From a virus: 64,000 nucleotides of DNA. Shown piece by piece: positions 21,101 to 30,348 of this stretch. Location of the stretch: positions 5,640 through 69,639 of the IMG/VR virus record IMGVR_UViG_3300047157_000098. One strand, 5' to 3'. Each line of letters begins with the position of its first letter. Position 1 is the first letter of the stretch. Under the pieces are notes generated by a model, which was not told where the DNA came from, did not search any database, and was given only the letters and a program-made list of their open reading frames with translations. A program made the position numbers and the translations under genes.

Positions 21101-23602
21101 AACCATGCTTGCTGCAGCAACCTCACCCGTAAAAGTTGCTCTACCACTAGGTGTGGTAAAAGTCATGTTAGGATGGGCTAGTTGTATAAAGGTAGCATTA
21201 TTAGCTCTATCAAACAACTTACCACTACCACCTATGTATATATCATTGTTGGCGTGTAGTTTATCGTCTGTTCTTATTATATTAACACCGTCTCTAAATA
21301 TAGTAACGTCAGCTCCTAGTTGCAAGGTTCCACCTGTTACTTTAACAACACCGCCACTAATCAGTCTTAACCTTTCACCAGTACTACCATGTTCTTTAAT
21401 AACTAAATCACTATTAACACCGTTAGTAACGGGGTTAAAAGCCCAACCTCTATTTGGATATCCAGCATTTTTAATGCCTAAAAATAAATTTTCTGATGCA
21501 CTATTGGAAAAACTAGAAATGTTCCCATAAACGTTTTGAGTACCATTGTCACCTACGGTATAATCGTCAACTTGAAATTTAGAACCTGGGTTATGAGCAC
21601 CTCCAACACCTACTTTTCCATTATCTAGTAAGTTCATTGATGAATTACCACCTGTTGATATTTGTATACCACCAAGAGTTGTGTTTCTTTTTATAGAGTT
21701 ATAACCAAGGTTGCTATCTATAAAATCAATTGACTGACCAGACGCCATTCTAAAACCTGTACCTGCACTTACGTAGCTAGAAAAGTTACCGGTTCCCGCG
21801 TAAACTGTATGCCATCTTTTAGTTGAAGTACCTGAGGTTTGGTCTGATTGTAGGTTGCCTGTTGGTTTAATACCTCTATTAAATTGTATTTTATTTTCAC
21901 TTTCTTCTAAACCTATTTCACCCCAACCACTTCCTGCTGCATTGTATAATCTAAATGCTTTTCCAGTTGGAACAGAAACAACACCTGTGAATTCAGCGTT
22001 ACCCGTGGAATCTATTTCAAGCTTCGTGACAGTACCTAATCTAAAAGTTAGATCTTCTGAGCTACCACAAAATAATCTCCAAAAATTATTATTACCATTT
22101 TTAAGGTATAATGAAGGGGATGCACCGGAATTGTCATCTAAAGTTATATCACCTGAAAAAGTTGCACCACTTGAAGTATTTATTGGTTTATTTATCTCTA
22201 TGGTTGAACCATCTAAAACAATACTTTTATCAGTAGCTCCACCAGCACCTATCCAAAGCTCATTTCCAGAAGGACCAGCGTATATTGAAGCGTAACCAGT
22301 ACCCCAAGTCAGAATACCTCTATTCGCACCCCATTGTGTTACACCACCAGTGTTAACACCAAGGTATGTACCACCGAAAGCATTGCCATTGAAGGTTGTA
22401 TTACCAAGCACGTTTATGTTTCCAGCTGCTGATATGCTCATTCTCTCCGTCGATGTACCTGCATTATTTGTTTTAAAACTAATACCACCAGTTGCGTTAG
22501 TATTGTTTGCAGCTGTTATTATTAAATTTGTATTAGGTGTGTAAAAACCTGTACTTGAACTACTTGATATATAATGACCACCAGCTGTTATAAGCGTACC
22601 ACCTATTGTCAACGCTGACGCAAACTCTACAGCACCACTACCCTCGAAAGTATGTTTAATATTAGATCCTGGACTTCCTAACCCAAACTGTAATGTAGCA
22701 GAGTTACTACCACCGTTTCTTACATACCAAGCATTGTTGTTGTTTGAATTGTCAAATACAACAGCGCCATTATTGTCAATTTCAATTGTACTTTTAAAAG
22801 TTGCACCACCATCCATCTCAAACACAACAGCGTCAGAAGTGGTTTCAGTGTGTAGTTTTAAAGCTTTGCTGCTAGCGGGAACCACAAGTTGAGTATCATT
22901 ACCACCAGTTCTAAAATGTAACTTAGACTCGTGATTGCCATCATCTTGGTGAATTATAAGCACTGAGTCTCCAGCATTTTTATATACCTCAACCCCAGCA
23001 ACACCACTGAATGAATTAACAACTGTATCAGCTGCAAATATTGACCTAGCACCTCCAGCTGTAATTGACCCTGCAAAAGTTGCGTTTCCACCCTCAGACA
23101 TATCTAAGGTTAAAGCATCTATTGAAGAAGCACCATCTTTGCCTTTAAATATTATATCTTTATCAGAAACAGAATTTTGTATTTTAAAATCTCCTGCTGT
23201 TTGATTAATAAATAAAGCATTAGAACCGTCGTGCAGAAGTCTTAGACCTGTAGTTCCATTTAAATATAAACTATCCCCTGTTCCTAAAACTACATTACCT
23301 GTAAAAGTTGCGGTTGTATCATTAACTGTTAATCTTACAGCACCACCGGTTCTCACAACAAACGTGTCGTCAGCGCTAAAACCAAATTTAGTACCAGTAT
23401 CACTAGCATGGTTTATATAATCAGGTATAGTTAAACTTGAATTAAAGTGTAAACCACCGTTCGTAATGTTTAATTGCTCAGTACCTGCAACGTAAAATTT
23501 AAGATTACTGTCACTTTCTTCTGCTATGTAAGTATGGCCACTAGCACCATCAAATAATACTTTTTTAGTTGATGCTGTAGCTATATTTCCTGCAAAAGTT
23601 GC
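14809..23602 (-). repeat. dispersed direct repeats GCAACTTTT (Ala-Thr-Phe) at fibre module ends
   Basis: AAAAGTTGC on plus strand at 14809, 15982, 19736, 19967, 21131, 22157, 22796, 23075, 23303, 23594. Confidence 0.8.
18202..18768 (-). CDS. C-terminal (tip) part of the long tail fibre, out of frame with 18692..24094
   Basis: Removing one G from GCG GGG TAA gives continuous MYMDRAGNVLTHGVIDVQG; the annotated start MVVVVVV is spurious. Confidence 0.65.
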   Translation of the reverse strand: MVVVVVVSYLLDMVLLRRCIWTERGNVLTHGVIDVQGTGTSTFNGNVQHKGLTMTTGTDIDQLYEAAMTFQLAAETWTDTGIDGTDLATGTYAVQMYVSDFTVGGGHYYEHYSGMMSWYGAGTNSTKEDEIPLHRAGHAPNGGHIQLKTVRHSSGTLMLMVKSTLSYSAALDNSNGGKIMRFKFRRLI

Positions 23603-24094
23603 AGAATTATCAGCGTTTAAAGTAAGTGCGGTAGCTATTGTACCAGCATTGCTTGTTCCAAATTTTAAATTACTTGTGTTGTTTGCGCCGTTTGTTTCTG
23701 CAACTATTTTAGAAAGTGTTGTGTCGGCATTGTTACCAAAGAATATGGTACCTATTGTGTCTGTAGAATTATTGTTTGCGTGTTTTAAATATAATGTAGC
23801 ACCATCAGCAGCAGCACCATCTGATGTGTGTCGTATGTAGTCGTGCTGAGCTTCAAACATTACTTGACTATCAGCAGTGTTTGTAAATACAAAACCATTT
23901 CCAGTTGCGCCAGTTGTAGCTTGCCATATACCACTATAGTTTCTTACCGAATTGCCGGAAGTTAGATACACGTTTCCAATAGCGTTTACACCATTTGCAT
24001 CTATAAAAAACCTTTCATTTCCATCTACCGCAAATGCTATTCTGTCATTTGAGGAGTGGGCACGTGCGTACATACCAGTAAACTTTTGCGCCAT
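18692..24094 (-). CDS. long modular tail fibre protein
   Basis: 1800 aa built of beta-rich modules ending in (N/D/G)ATF(A/S/T)G; VTDKTITVAKGAADSAAADGAGI module shared with 24112..26130. Confidence 0.8.
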   Translation of the reverse strand: MAQKFTGMYARAHSSNDRIAFAVDGNERFFIDANGVNAIGNVYLTSGNSVRNYSGIWQATTGATGNGFVFTNTADSQVMFEAQHDYIRHTSDGAAADGATLYLKHANNNSTDTIGTIFFGNNADTTLSKIVAETNGANNTSNLKFGTSNAGTIATALTLNADNSATFAGNIATASTKKVLFDGASGHTYIAEESDSNLKFYVAGTEQLNITNGGLHFNSSLTIPDYINHASDTGTKFGFSADDTFVVRTGGAVRLTVNDTTATFTGNVVLGTGDSLYLNGTTGLRLLHDGSNALFINQTAGDFKIQNSVSDKDIIFKGKDGASSIDALTLDMSEGGNATFAGSITAGGARSIFAADTVVNSFSGVAGVEVYKNAGDSVLIIHQDDGNHESKLHFRTGGNDTQLVVPASSKALKLHTETTSDAVVFEMDGGATFKSTIEIDNNGAVVFDNSNNNNAWYVRNGGSNSATLQFGLGSPGSNIKHTFEGSGAVEFASALTIGGTLITAGGHYISSSSSTGFYTPNTNLIITAANNTNATGGISFKTNNAGTSTERMSISAAGNINVLGNTTFNGNAFGGTYLGVNTGGVTQWGANRGILTWGTGYASIYAGPSGNELWIGAGGATDKSIVLDGSTIEINKPINTSSGATFSGDITLDDNSGASPSLYLKNGNNNFWRLFCGSSEDLTFRLGTVTKLEIDSTGNAEFTGVVSVPTGKAFRLYNAAGSGWGEIGLEESENKIQFNRGIKPTGNLQSDQTSGTSTKRWHTVYAGTGNFSSYVSAGTGFRMASGQSIDFIDSNLGYNSIKRNTTLGGIQISTGGNSSMNLLDNGKVGVGGAHNPGSKFQVDDYTVGDNGTQNVYGNISSFSNSASENLFLGIKNAGYPNRGWAFNPVTNGVNSDLVIKEHGSTGERLRLISGGVVKVTGGTLQLGADVTIFRDGVNIIRTDDKLHANNDIYIGGSGKLFDRANNATFIQLAHPNMTFTTPSGRATFTGEVAAASMVFKTLSNHAKIEASSSTLFVAATNIQAQGNFIPDADNNSARKLGASNRRWRELHATTIYGDGSNITGVVSTDSSKLPLAGGTMTGNIQMSANRLQFDQSGTRSWQVYPSSGDLLLYSGDSNGTWKMNNNLYVAKHVQMDGALQQGAYSERNLSSGYFANGTANLGINIVFPNVQMQGMLKITLSGSYSHQNITGELVKTIPFGWNPGSGSTSGLYGAGADYIVKATGGVADAFTIGNITWNSSTSKYNIPIYHINSHGNSVRVKVEYFGGQAHQLQNISLTSPASVTIPSAYSSRHRTRVHGSFEITADGSNAVTLTESGSGDFTIDAADDIRLDAGGGDIVLRDDGVEFGRLTNSSGNLILKSGSTTMLTGSGANATFAGDITSTGLTVDYTGNRTGDAGILVTNDNDDWGIKVDKDGTADYGILSQTDGENAIVVRNAAGVNKIQLQGDGDATFSGAGTFGSSLKINAPDGAATAMTAVMNMHGYEGRGVGIKMKDSVNSASGSTDREWFVGTGYNSSGFNIGYASDGSQSSYNAQAKLAITTGGDATIYGNELIVAGINPYIKGTGTGPMRIKHTSGETMYLRPDETGAISIFEGVNSQSVYMMTVAPSANNTTNESAKLQFQTRSRQSDGQLNTKSATIKHLTHNIGSHYTTLDFAGSDKAKFNMDLEVTGNLNITGDINSTSVTNLDVTDKTITVAKGAADSAAADGAGIVVDGASASILYDHTGTQWEVNKPFEVKVGSSAITMTEYSNGAVIWLDGSDGDMIGGDYYNIAAYGGGSGSKLSFGYGAVEKMYMDRAG

Positions 24095-24111
24095 GTGAGA
24101 ATTTTATTTTA

Positions 24112-26130
24112 TTATGCTGTTATCTTATGTAGTAACACTTTATAATCTTGAGTAGCTGAAGGTGCAACTGCGAAATCAACAGTTATATAGTTATTGTTTG
24201 GTCTAGTAACGTCAGCATGTACTGTAGCGTAAGTAGCGTTAGAGCCGTTATTTCCCCAATCTAGTATTTCTACTTTTACGTACTTAGTACCAAAATTATG
24301 CGTTAGATCAAATGATGTTTCACTAGCATCTCCAGTTATAGTAAGAATCTTACTGTAAGCATCTATTTGAGCGGTTACTTCTGTAGGTGTTGTTGCTGTG
24401 TTTAGTTGTGTAACTTGAGCTGCACTCATAACACCACCAACACTTGTTGTTGCTACAGGTAGAGTCGTGTTATTACCGTCAGATGATGTTACTTCTAAAG
24501 TAGTGGACGACGTGTTGTGACCTAAGTTAGTTGTTACATTTGTTTCTTTTAACGTGTTAGCAGCAACATCTGTAGCAATGTCTATACCATCAACAGTTCC
24601 ACTAAGAGTTATATTACCTTGAACATTAAAATGTTTGTTTAAGTTTATATATGCACTAGTATTACTCCAAGATAATACAGGTGCAGCTGACCAACTACTA
24701 AACGTTATACCAGCGCCATCAGTTGCGGCTGAAGTTGTAGCACCTTTTGCTATTTTAATGTTTTTATCAGCAATATCAACTACAGTTGAATTAACTGTTG
24801 TGGTAGTACCTGTTACTGTAAGATCACCAGCTATAGTTGTTACAGAGTCTGTACCGTTACCAATAGTAACATCTACTCTATTATCAGTCGTGTGACCTTC
24901 AATTACTATACCGTCTTGATAACTGTTTGTACCGTGCCCGGTAGATACACCTATTTTAACCTTACCTATTTCATCGTTGTTTGTTACATCTTTTGCAAAA
25001 CCTTTAATAGAAGCAAACAAATGCTGTGTGTTAGATGAATCGTCGTGTTTAAATTCAATTTGTCCTATTTCATCATCATCACCCATCGCTAAAGCACTAA
25101 CGTCTTTAGTGAATCTTAATGTAGATCCAGCTGTATCGTTGTTAGTATTTTTAAGTACGACTAACGGTTTACCAGATACAGCGTCTTCAAAAGTAAATTG
25201 TGATGCTAAGAAAGATGAACTTTCTTCCATCTTAATAGAACCAGTAAATTTAATTGTATCACCTGAATCAGTACCTATTGTTATTTCTTGATCTGCACTA
25301 CCGCCAGTTGATTCTAAATTTGCTAATGCTGTAAGTAAATGAGCGTTAGAAACGTTAAGTATATCTGTGTTACCAGCTAAAGCATCTGTAGAGCCAGTAC
25401 CTAAAGCAGGTAGTGTCCATGTCTTTTTGGTTCTAGCAGTAACGTGACCAGTTGTAGATGACGTAAGAGAATTTATTACAACTAAATCATCACCAAATTC
25501 TAGATTACCGGTTTGATCAGTGTTTGTTCTAGACACATTAGAGTGGTCTAGTGTTATAGTTTCATTAGTGCCTTGGTTTGTTGTAAAAGCGCCATTTGCA
25601 CCACCACTTGTGTTTATTTCTAAATCTCCACCACCAGCTATTGTTATTGTAGCGTCGCCAACAGTTATACTGTTATTACCAGCATCTGTAATTCTACCTT
25701 GTGCATCGACTGTGAAGTTTGGTATTTGTGTGCTTGAACCATACGTTCCAGCGGTTACAGCTGTATCGTCTAGATCAATTTCTATTTTTGTACCAGAAGC
25801 TGTAGTTGAAATACCAGTATCACCTGATATTGTAAAGCTAACAGCACCAGCGTTATCAGTTATTGAATTACCATCATCAGCAGTTAAACCAACAGATGAT
25901 ATATCACCAGCACCATCTAAAACAACCCAACCTGTACCTTTCCATATGAGGAAAGTTAACGTTTGACTGTTCCAATACATTTTACCAATGTTAGCAGCTC
26001 CAGTACCTAAATAACTAGCATGAGAGCTATTTGCAAAGTTTGTTTGATCCGCTGTTGTTATAACATAAGGTTTCGCGTTCTGTATTTCAAGACCGCCAAG
26101 ATCGATGTTAGATAGATATTTTAATGCCAT
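24112..26130 (-). CDS. tail fibre / fibre-anchoring structural protein
   Basis: 672 aa; VTAGTYGSSTQIPNFTVDAQGRIT and GDLTVTGTTTTVNST fibre motifs; C-terminal THNFGTK domain. Confidence 0.75.
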   Translation of the reverse strand: MALKYLSNIDLGGLEIQNAKPYVITTADQTNFANSSHASYLGTGAANIGKMYWNSQTLTFLIWKGTGWVVLDGAGDISSVGLTADDGNSITDNAGAVSFTISGDTGISTTASGTKIEIDLDDTAVTAGTYGSSTQIPNFTVDAQGRITDAGNNSITVGDATITIAGGGDLEINTSGGANGAFTTNQGTNETITLDHSNVSRTNTDQTGNLEFGDDLVVINSLTSSTTGHVTARTKKTWTLPALGTGSTDALAGNTDILNVSNAHLLTALANLESTGGSADQEITIGTDSGDTIKFTGSIKMEESSSFLASQFTFEDAVSGKPLVVLKNTNNDTAGSTLRFTKDVSALAMGDDDEIGQIEFKHDDSSNTQHLFASIKGFAKDVTNNDEIGKVKIGVSTGHGTNSYQDGIVIEGHTTDNRVDVTIGNGTDSVTTIAGDLTVTGTTTTVNSTVVDIADKNIKIAKGATTSAATDGAGITFSSWSAAPVLSWSNTSAYINLNKHFNVQGNITLSGTVDGIDIATDVAANTLKETNVTTNLGHNTSSTTLEVTSSDGNNTTLPVATTSVGGVMSAAQVTQLNTATTPTEVTAQIDAYSKILTITGDASETSFDLTHNFGTKYVKVEILDWGNNGSNATYATVHADVTRPNNNYITVDFAVAPSATQDYKVLLHKITA

Positions 26131-26141
26131 GTTTTGTGTGT

Positions 26142-26840
26142 TTAATTAAGATGTGCAATTCCTGATACTGCTGCAGCAAAGGAAACTACTAATGTGTTAT
26201 TATTCGTATATGTCACCTCACCTATTACTTGTGCGCCTGTAGCCAAAGTTGTTATTGTTACAGATGGTTTTTTTCCTAGGTTATGGTTAATTGTCCAGCT
26301 AGAAGCTGAAGCGGTTTGTGTATGCGTAAATTGTTTATCACCTGTATTAGGTATCGCATATAATATAATTGAATAAAATTGCTCATCTATCATCGCACCG
26401 TTATTCTTTGTCTTAGCTGTTAAAGCTATGTCATAATAATCGTTAGCACTAGAATCTTGAGTTATTGATGTTACGGTATATATACCAAAGTTATTTATGT
26501 TATTGACATCATTTATTATAATGTCACAATCAACAAGCGACTGTAAATACTCTACCGCCGCGTTAGCACTCCCATTGGGTGTTTTATGTATTTTAATTGA
26601 TGTTAAGTTTGCAAATGTGGTACCAGAAGAAAAAGTACCTACAAAGCCTCCAGGTTGATTACCTACAGCATTAAACCTATATACCAACTGTCCACTAACA
26701 CCAGCAGCGTTAGTATCTCTTAAGAATTTAGTTACATCTGAAACTTGAAAGTTTGCAGTCTTACCGTCACTGTTTGATCCTAAAAGCTTGTCATTATTCT
26801 GTACAGAGGTATCTCTTGTATAATTACTTATTCTAGCCAT
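26142..26840 (-). CDS. virion structural protein (tail collar/fibre associated)
   Basis: 232 aa; C-terminal FTHTQTASASSWTINHNLGKKPSV domain, related to the end of the neighbouring gene. Confidence 0.65.
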   Translation of the reverse strand: MARISNYTRDTSVQNNDKLLGSNSDGKTANFQVSDVTKFLRDTNAAGVSGQLVYRFNAVGNQPGGFVGTFSSGTTFANLTSIKIHKTPNGSANAAVEYLQSLVDCDIIINDVNNINNFGIYTVTSITQDSSANDYYDIALTAKTKNNGAMIDEQFYSIILYAIPNTGDKQFTHTQTASASSWTINHNLGKKPSVTITTLATGAQVIGEVTYTNNNTLVVSFAAAVSGIAHLN

Positions 26841-26843
26841 TAT

Positions 26844-27302
26844 TTACTTGTTGCTTATAGATTTAAATTTTTCAGCTCCTCGAGAACCAAAGTAAGCTAC
26901 ATAGACTGTAACTAATAGTGTTTGTAGTAGTGAAACCCAACCTTCAGCTACGTGAAACTCTATTTCAAAACTATCTAATAATATAAGTATCACCATAGAT
27001 ACTGTTAGAAATATCAATGACATCGGACGTGTGTTTTTTGAAAGCCATGAATCCGACTTCATATCACTATCCCAACGTTTAGATACCTCCTGTAGTTCCA
27101 CCATATCTTGTTCTAGCAGTTTCAATGCTTTTTCCTTGTCTTCAGGTGGTAATACAGCTGGATCTTCTTTTTGTATTAAATTCTTTACTATACCTAAAAA
27201 ACCAGCATTAGGTAAAATATCTCCAGCCACACCCAATATGCTAGGTGCAGCTTTTGATAAAAATTTCCCAACTTTTGTTTCAGAGAATTTCTTCTTAGGC
27301 AT
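26844..27302 (-). CDS. holin (3TM / GTA-holin-like)
   Basis: RWDSDMKSDSWLSKNTRP motif followed by two hydrophobic helices and YFGSRGAEK. Confidence 0.7.
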   Translation of the reverse strand: MPKKKFSETKVGKFLSKAAPSILGVAGDILPNAGFLGIVKNLIQKEDPAVLPPEDKEKALKLLEQDMVELQEVSKRWDSDMKSDSWLSKNTRPMSLIFLTVSMVILILLDSFEIEFHVAEGWVSLLQTLLVTVYVAYFGSRGAEKFKSISNK

Positions 27303-28063
27303 TAGTACTTCTTTTTCTTAGCAGGAGCTTCGGTTTTAACTTCTTCTCCTTTTCTTGCTGCTCTTATTTTAGACCTAGCATCTTTTCTAGCCGCTTTATT
27401 AGCTGATCTGTTTTCTTTTCTAGCAGCTCTCTTTTCTACTCTATCGGCTTTTCTTTCAGCTCTTTTAGCTTTACGCTCTTTAATTTTTTCAACCTTAGCA
27501 TCTCCTTTTGCTGTGATTTTTTCAGCTTTAGTTTGCTTTGGTTTAGCCTCTGTTAACGACTTAGTTTCTGTTGTCTTAGTCTCCGTTGGCTTAGTTTCTG
27601 TTTTCTTAGAGGCAACATCTTTAGCTAACTGATCTTTAGTCTTACCAGCTTTTTTAGAATCAGCTGTAGGATTAGTTGTGCCATATTTTTTAGTATTATA
27701 AGACTTAGCAGCTTTTTCAAACTCCTCGTAAGTTTTATACTTCTTTTTATCAGCATCAGCATAAGCATCTTTGTAAGATACGGCTTTTCCTGATTTACGG
27801 GTTTCAGCATTTTTCTCTGATTGAGTTTTTCCTTTTGGTGCATTTAGAGAAAACTCTTTGTTCTTTTTATCGTCTGAAGCTTGTTGCTCAGCTGTTAAAG
27901 GTCTGTCTCTACCATCTTCACCTATGTCTTTAGCTGGAGAAGTCATTTTTGTAGGTGCAGGTTTTTTACTATTTACACCTAGGTTAGGTATAATTGGGCC
28001 TTCTGATCCACCGTGGAATATGCCTTTAGCAATTTCCGAAATTGGTCTTTTAAATCGTTTCAT
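27302..28063 (-). CDS. Lys-rich low-complexity putative internal virion/DNA-binding protein
   Basis: 253 aa, K/A/R-rich; APTK, SPAK, APAK motifs. Confidence 0.65.
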   Translation of the reverse strand: MKRFKRPISEIAKGIFHGGSEGPIIPNLGVNSKKPAPTKMTSPAKDIGEDGRDRPLTAEQQASDDKKNKEFSLNAPKGKTQSEKNAETRKSGKAVSYKDAYADADKKKYKTYEEFEKAAKSYNTKKYGTTNPTADSKKAGKTKDQLAKDVASKKTETKPTETKTTETKSLTEAKPKQTKAEKITAKGDAKVEKIKERKAKRAERKADRVEKRAARKENRSANKAARKDARSKIRAARKGEEVKTEAPAKKKKY

Positions 28064-28084
28064 TGTTTTATTAATTAAGTTGGG

Positions 28085-29143
28085 TTATTTTTTATATTTA
28101 AAATTTTTAAGCGCAGGGCTTTTCTTTTTTAAGCCAAATTTTACAGGCGCTTTTTTCTTATCATTACCTGTTACTTCAGCAGTACTTGTTACGCTAGAGT
28201 CTTTATAAGTAATATCATCTTTTTTACCATGTTTAGTTTCGTCATACTGTTCTTTCTGAGTACTTGTCTCAGTTTTACCAGCTGTATCTCTACCTCTTCT
28301 AGTACCTATACCTTGATTAAATTCTTGAGTAGCATCTATTGTTCCATCTGATTTTCTATCTTCAGATTTACCCATTCTAAAATCAGCATATTCAGTCGCG
28401 GTAGCAAAAGGTTTACCTGTAGTAGGATTTATCGTGTTTTTGCCTTTTTTATCGAATTTTTTACTATACTTATTAAATTGTCTTAAATCTTGATTAGCAT
28501 CTCTTTTTTGAACACCTTCAGCCCATTTAGCGTTTACAGAAGCAGCCCAACCCATATTGTAGTTAGACTTAGTTCCTGGGGTTGTAGTTTCTACTTTTTC
28601 TTCGTTTTCTTTAACGTCGTATTTTTTATCTACAGTACTAGCTGTTCTATGGCCATCAGCTTCTTCTCTATCATATCTTGCTTGTTTTTGATCAGCAGTT
28701 TCGTTTTCTAAATACTTTACCCAGTCCTCGTTAGACATTTGGTTCTCATAACTAGTACCAGTTCTACCACCAGCAGTAGTAGTTGTAGTTTCTGTTACAT
28801 CACCAAACTTATCACCAACAAAACCTTTACCCATAGATTTTTTAATCTCATCTTTAACACTTTTAGCAGGAGACGCGTATTTTCCAGCAGCAGCAGTAGC
28901 ACCAGTAGCACCAGCACCATCTACTATGTTTTCGTTGTTCTCATCAGTTTTTACAACCTCATCTACAGAAGTGTCGTCTTTTTTCTCTTCATTAGTTGCA
29001 ACAGGTTCTGACTTAACGGGTTTTTTACCACCTTTAGTACTCAAGTCTTGGTAAGTTGGAGCAGCATCAGCAGCGCCAGATATTAAAGCAGCATTTGCTT
29101 TAAACGCTGAAGATTTTTTTATTTTTTCATAAATTGTTCCCAT
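28085..29143 (-). CDS. hydrophilic putative internal virion protein
   Basis: 352 aa low complexity; SAFK, SPAK, APVK, SPALK motifs. Confidence 0.65.
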   Translation of the reverse strand: MGTIYEKIKKSSAFKANAALISGAADAAPTYQDLSTKGGKKPVKSEPVATNEEKKDDTSVDEVVKTDENNENIVDGAGATGATAAAGKYASPAKSVKDEIKKSMGKGFVGDKFGDVTETTTTTAGGRTGTSYENQMSNEDWVKYLENETADQKQARYDREEADGHRTASTVDKKYDVKENEEKVETTTPGTKSNYNMGWAASVNAKWAEGVQKRDANQDLRQFNKYSKKFDKKGKNTINPTTGKPFATATEYADFRMGKSEDRKSDGTIDATQEFNQGIGTRRGRDTAGKTETSTQKEQYDETKHGKKDDITYKDSSVTSTAEVTGNDKKKAPVKFGLKKKSPALKNFKYKK

Positions 29144-29148
29144 ATTAT

Positions 29149-29478
29149 TTATACTTTTACTTTGTTATAAGCTTCTTTTTCCCAAGGTAGGTTTTTCGCT
29201 CCCTCTTTCATATTAGCTCTTGAATATTTTTTACCCTTCCAATAAACGTAGTCATCATCATAGTCAAGATCACCTCTTTCCATTTGGTCTAAGTGAACTT
29301 TTTCATGATCTATAATCTTACTAGCTCTTGTTGAGTTTAACTTTACTGATCTATCTACATATATACTACCGTCTTTATTAGCCTCAGCTAACACACCATC
29401 TTCTAGATCTTTTTTAACAATAGGAGCATGTTCATGATCTTGGCTACCAAAATCAACACCTTTCATCTTAAAACCCAT
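29149..29478 (-). CDS. small zincin-like metallopeptidase
   Basis: HEKVH (HExxH) plus downstream PWEKEAY glutamate; GVLAEANKDGSIYV beta region. Confidence 0.65.
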   Translation of the reverse strand: MGFKMKGVDFGSQDHEHAPIVKKDLEDGVLAEANKDGSIYVDRSVKLNSTRASKIIDHEKVHLDQMERGDLDYDDDYVYWKGKKYSRANMKEGAKNLPWEKEAYNKVKV

Positions 29479-29652
29479 TTACTTTTTTTCCATTACCTTA
29501 CTTGCTATTGCTGGAGCAATTGCAGCAACTAATGGAGCTATTTTAGCTGGTGAATCTCCACAATCACATTTTTTTGGCATACCACACCCACAGTCTGACA
29601 TTTTACTTTGTCCAACACCTAGGTTTTGCGGTCCTATTCCTTTTGGTCCCAT
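29479..29652 (-). CDS. 57-aa peptide precursor-like ORF (missing from ORF track)
   Basis: Manual translation MGPKGIGPQNLGVGQSKMSDCGCGMPKKCDCGDSPAKIAPLVAAIAPAIASKVMEKK; fills the gap exactly. Confidence 0.7.
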   Translation of the reverse strand: MGPKGIGPQNLGVGQSKMSDCGCGMPKKCDCGDSPAKIAPLVAAIAPAIASKVMEKK

Positions 29653-29653
29653 A

Positions 29654-30094
29654 TTATCTTTCTTTGTCTTTTATCATATCATCAATAGCCTTATTATAGA
29701 CTTTATCTGTATATGATTTGTTATTAAAAAATTTATTTCTTTCTGATGTAGGAAGGTCTTCTTCGCCTAATAATATGCGATATATCCTACTTATTAATTG
29801 GGAGCATTTAAATGATGTCTTAAAAATGCTGTATTTGATTGTAGTGCGGTTACGATGTCTCCAAACTTCTATCCATTCCTGCTTGCGTAATCGTTCCCAT
29901 CGGTTCTTATCCCATGAATATGTATAAGCGCCGTCTATAAAGTCATTACGTGTAAATCGCGATTTGCAATCTAAATAGACTAAAAGTTCTAAATCAGCGT
30001 CAGTTAGCCCATAAGTTTTACAGGCCCATTTTCTAACAAGCCTGTAATACTTAAATAATTGTATATCTCTTATATCTGATGCAGTTAGCTTCAT
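29654..30094 (-). CDS. winged-helix-like protein
   Basis: 146 aa; LTDADLELLVYL..RLRKQEWIEV..YSIFKTSFK pattern resembles MarR-type wHTH. Confidence 0.5.
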   Translation of the reverse strand: MKLTASDIRDIQLFKYYRLVRKWACKTYGLTDADLELLVYLDCKSRFTRNDFIDGAYTYSWDKNRWERLRKQEWIEVWRHRNRTTIKYSIFKTSFKCSQLISRIYRILLGEEDLPTSERNKFFNNKSYTDKVYNKAIDDMIKDKER

Positions 30095-30348
30095 TCTACT
30101 AATACAACATCTCTTATTGTGATAACGTGATATAACTTATCTTTCCAAGTCATACCGTTTCCAGCATGAGAATCGTGATGTACTATATCACCGACTTTAA
30201 CGCCTTCAACTAAATTACCTACACTTATAACTTCAGCCTTTAAATACCTATTGTCAACATCTAGTTCTTCTGTTAATTCCAAACCACCTATTGTTTTAGG
30301 TTCTTCTTTTATTTTTTCTACGATTATATAATAATTAACTGCTTGCAT
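30091..30348 (-). CDS. groES: co-chaperonin GroES
   Basis: 85 aa; mobile loop EPKTIGGLEL, AEVISVG..GVKVGDIV; adjacent to groEL. Confidence 0.85.
   Translation of the reverse strand: MQAVNYYIIVEKIKEEPKTIGGLELTEELDVDNRYLKAEVISVGNLVEGVKVGDIVHHDSHAGNGMTWKDKLYHVITIRDVVLVE

Noticed and set aside
24080-24091. Inverted partial copy of the GCAACTTTT motif at the fibre start (MAQKF) as a shufflon site
   Set aside because: Partial match that the codons explain; no invertase and no inverted cassettes nearby
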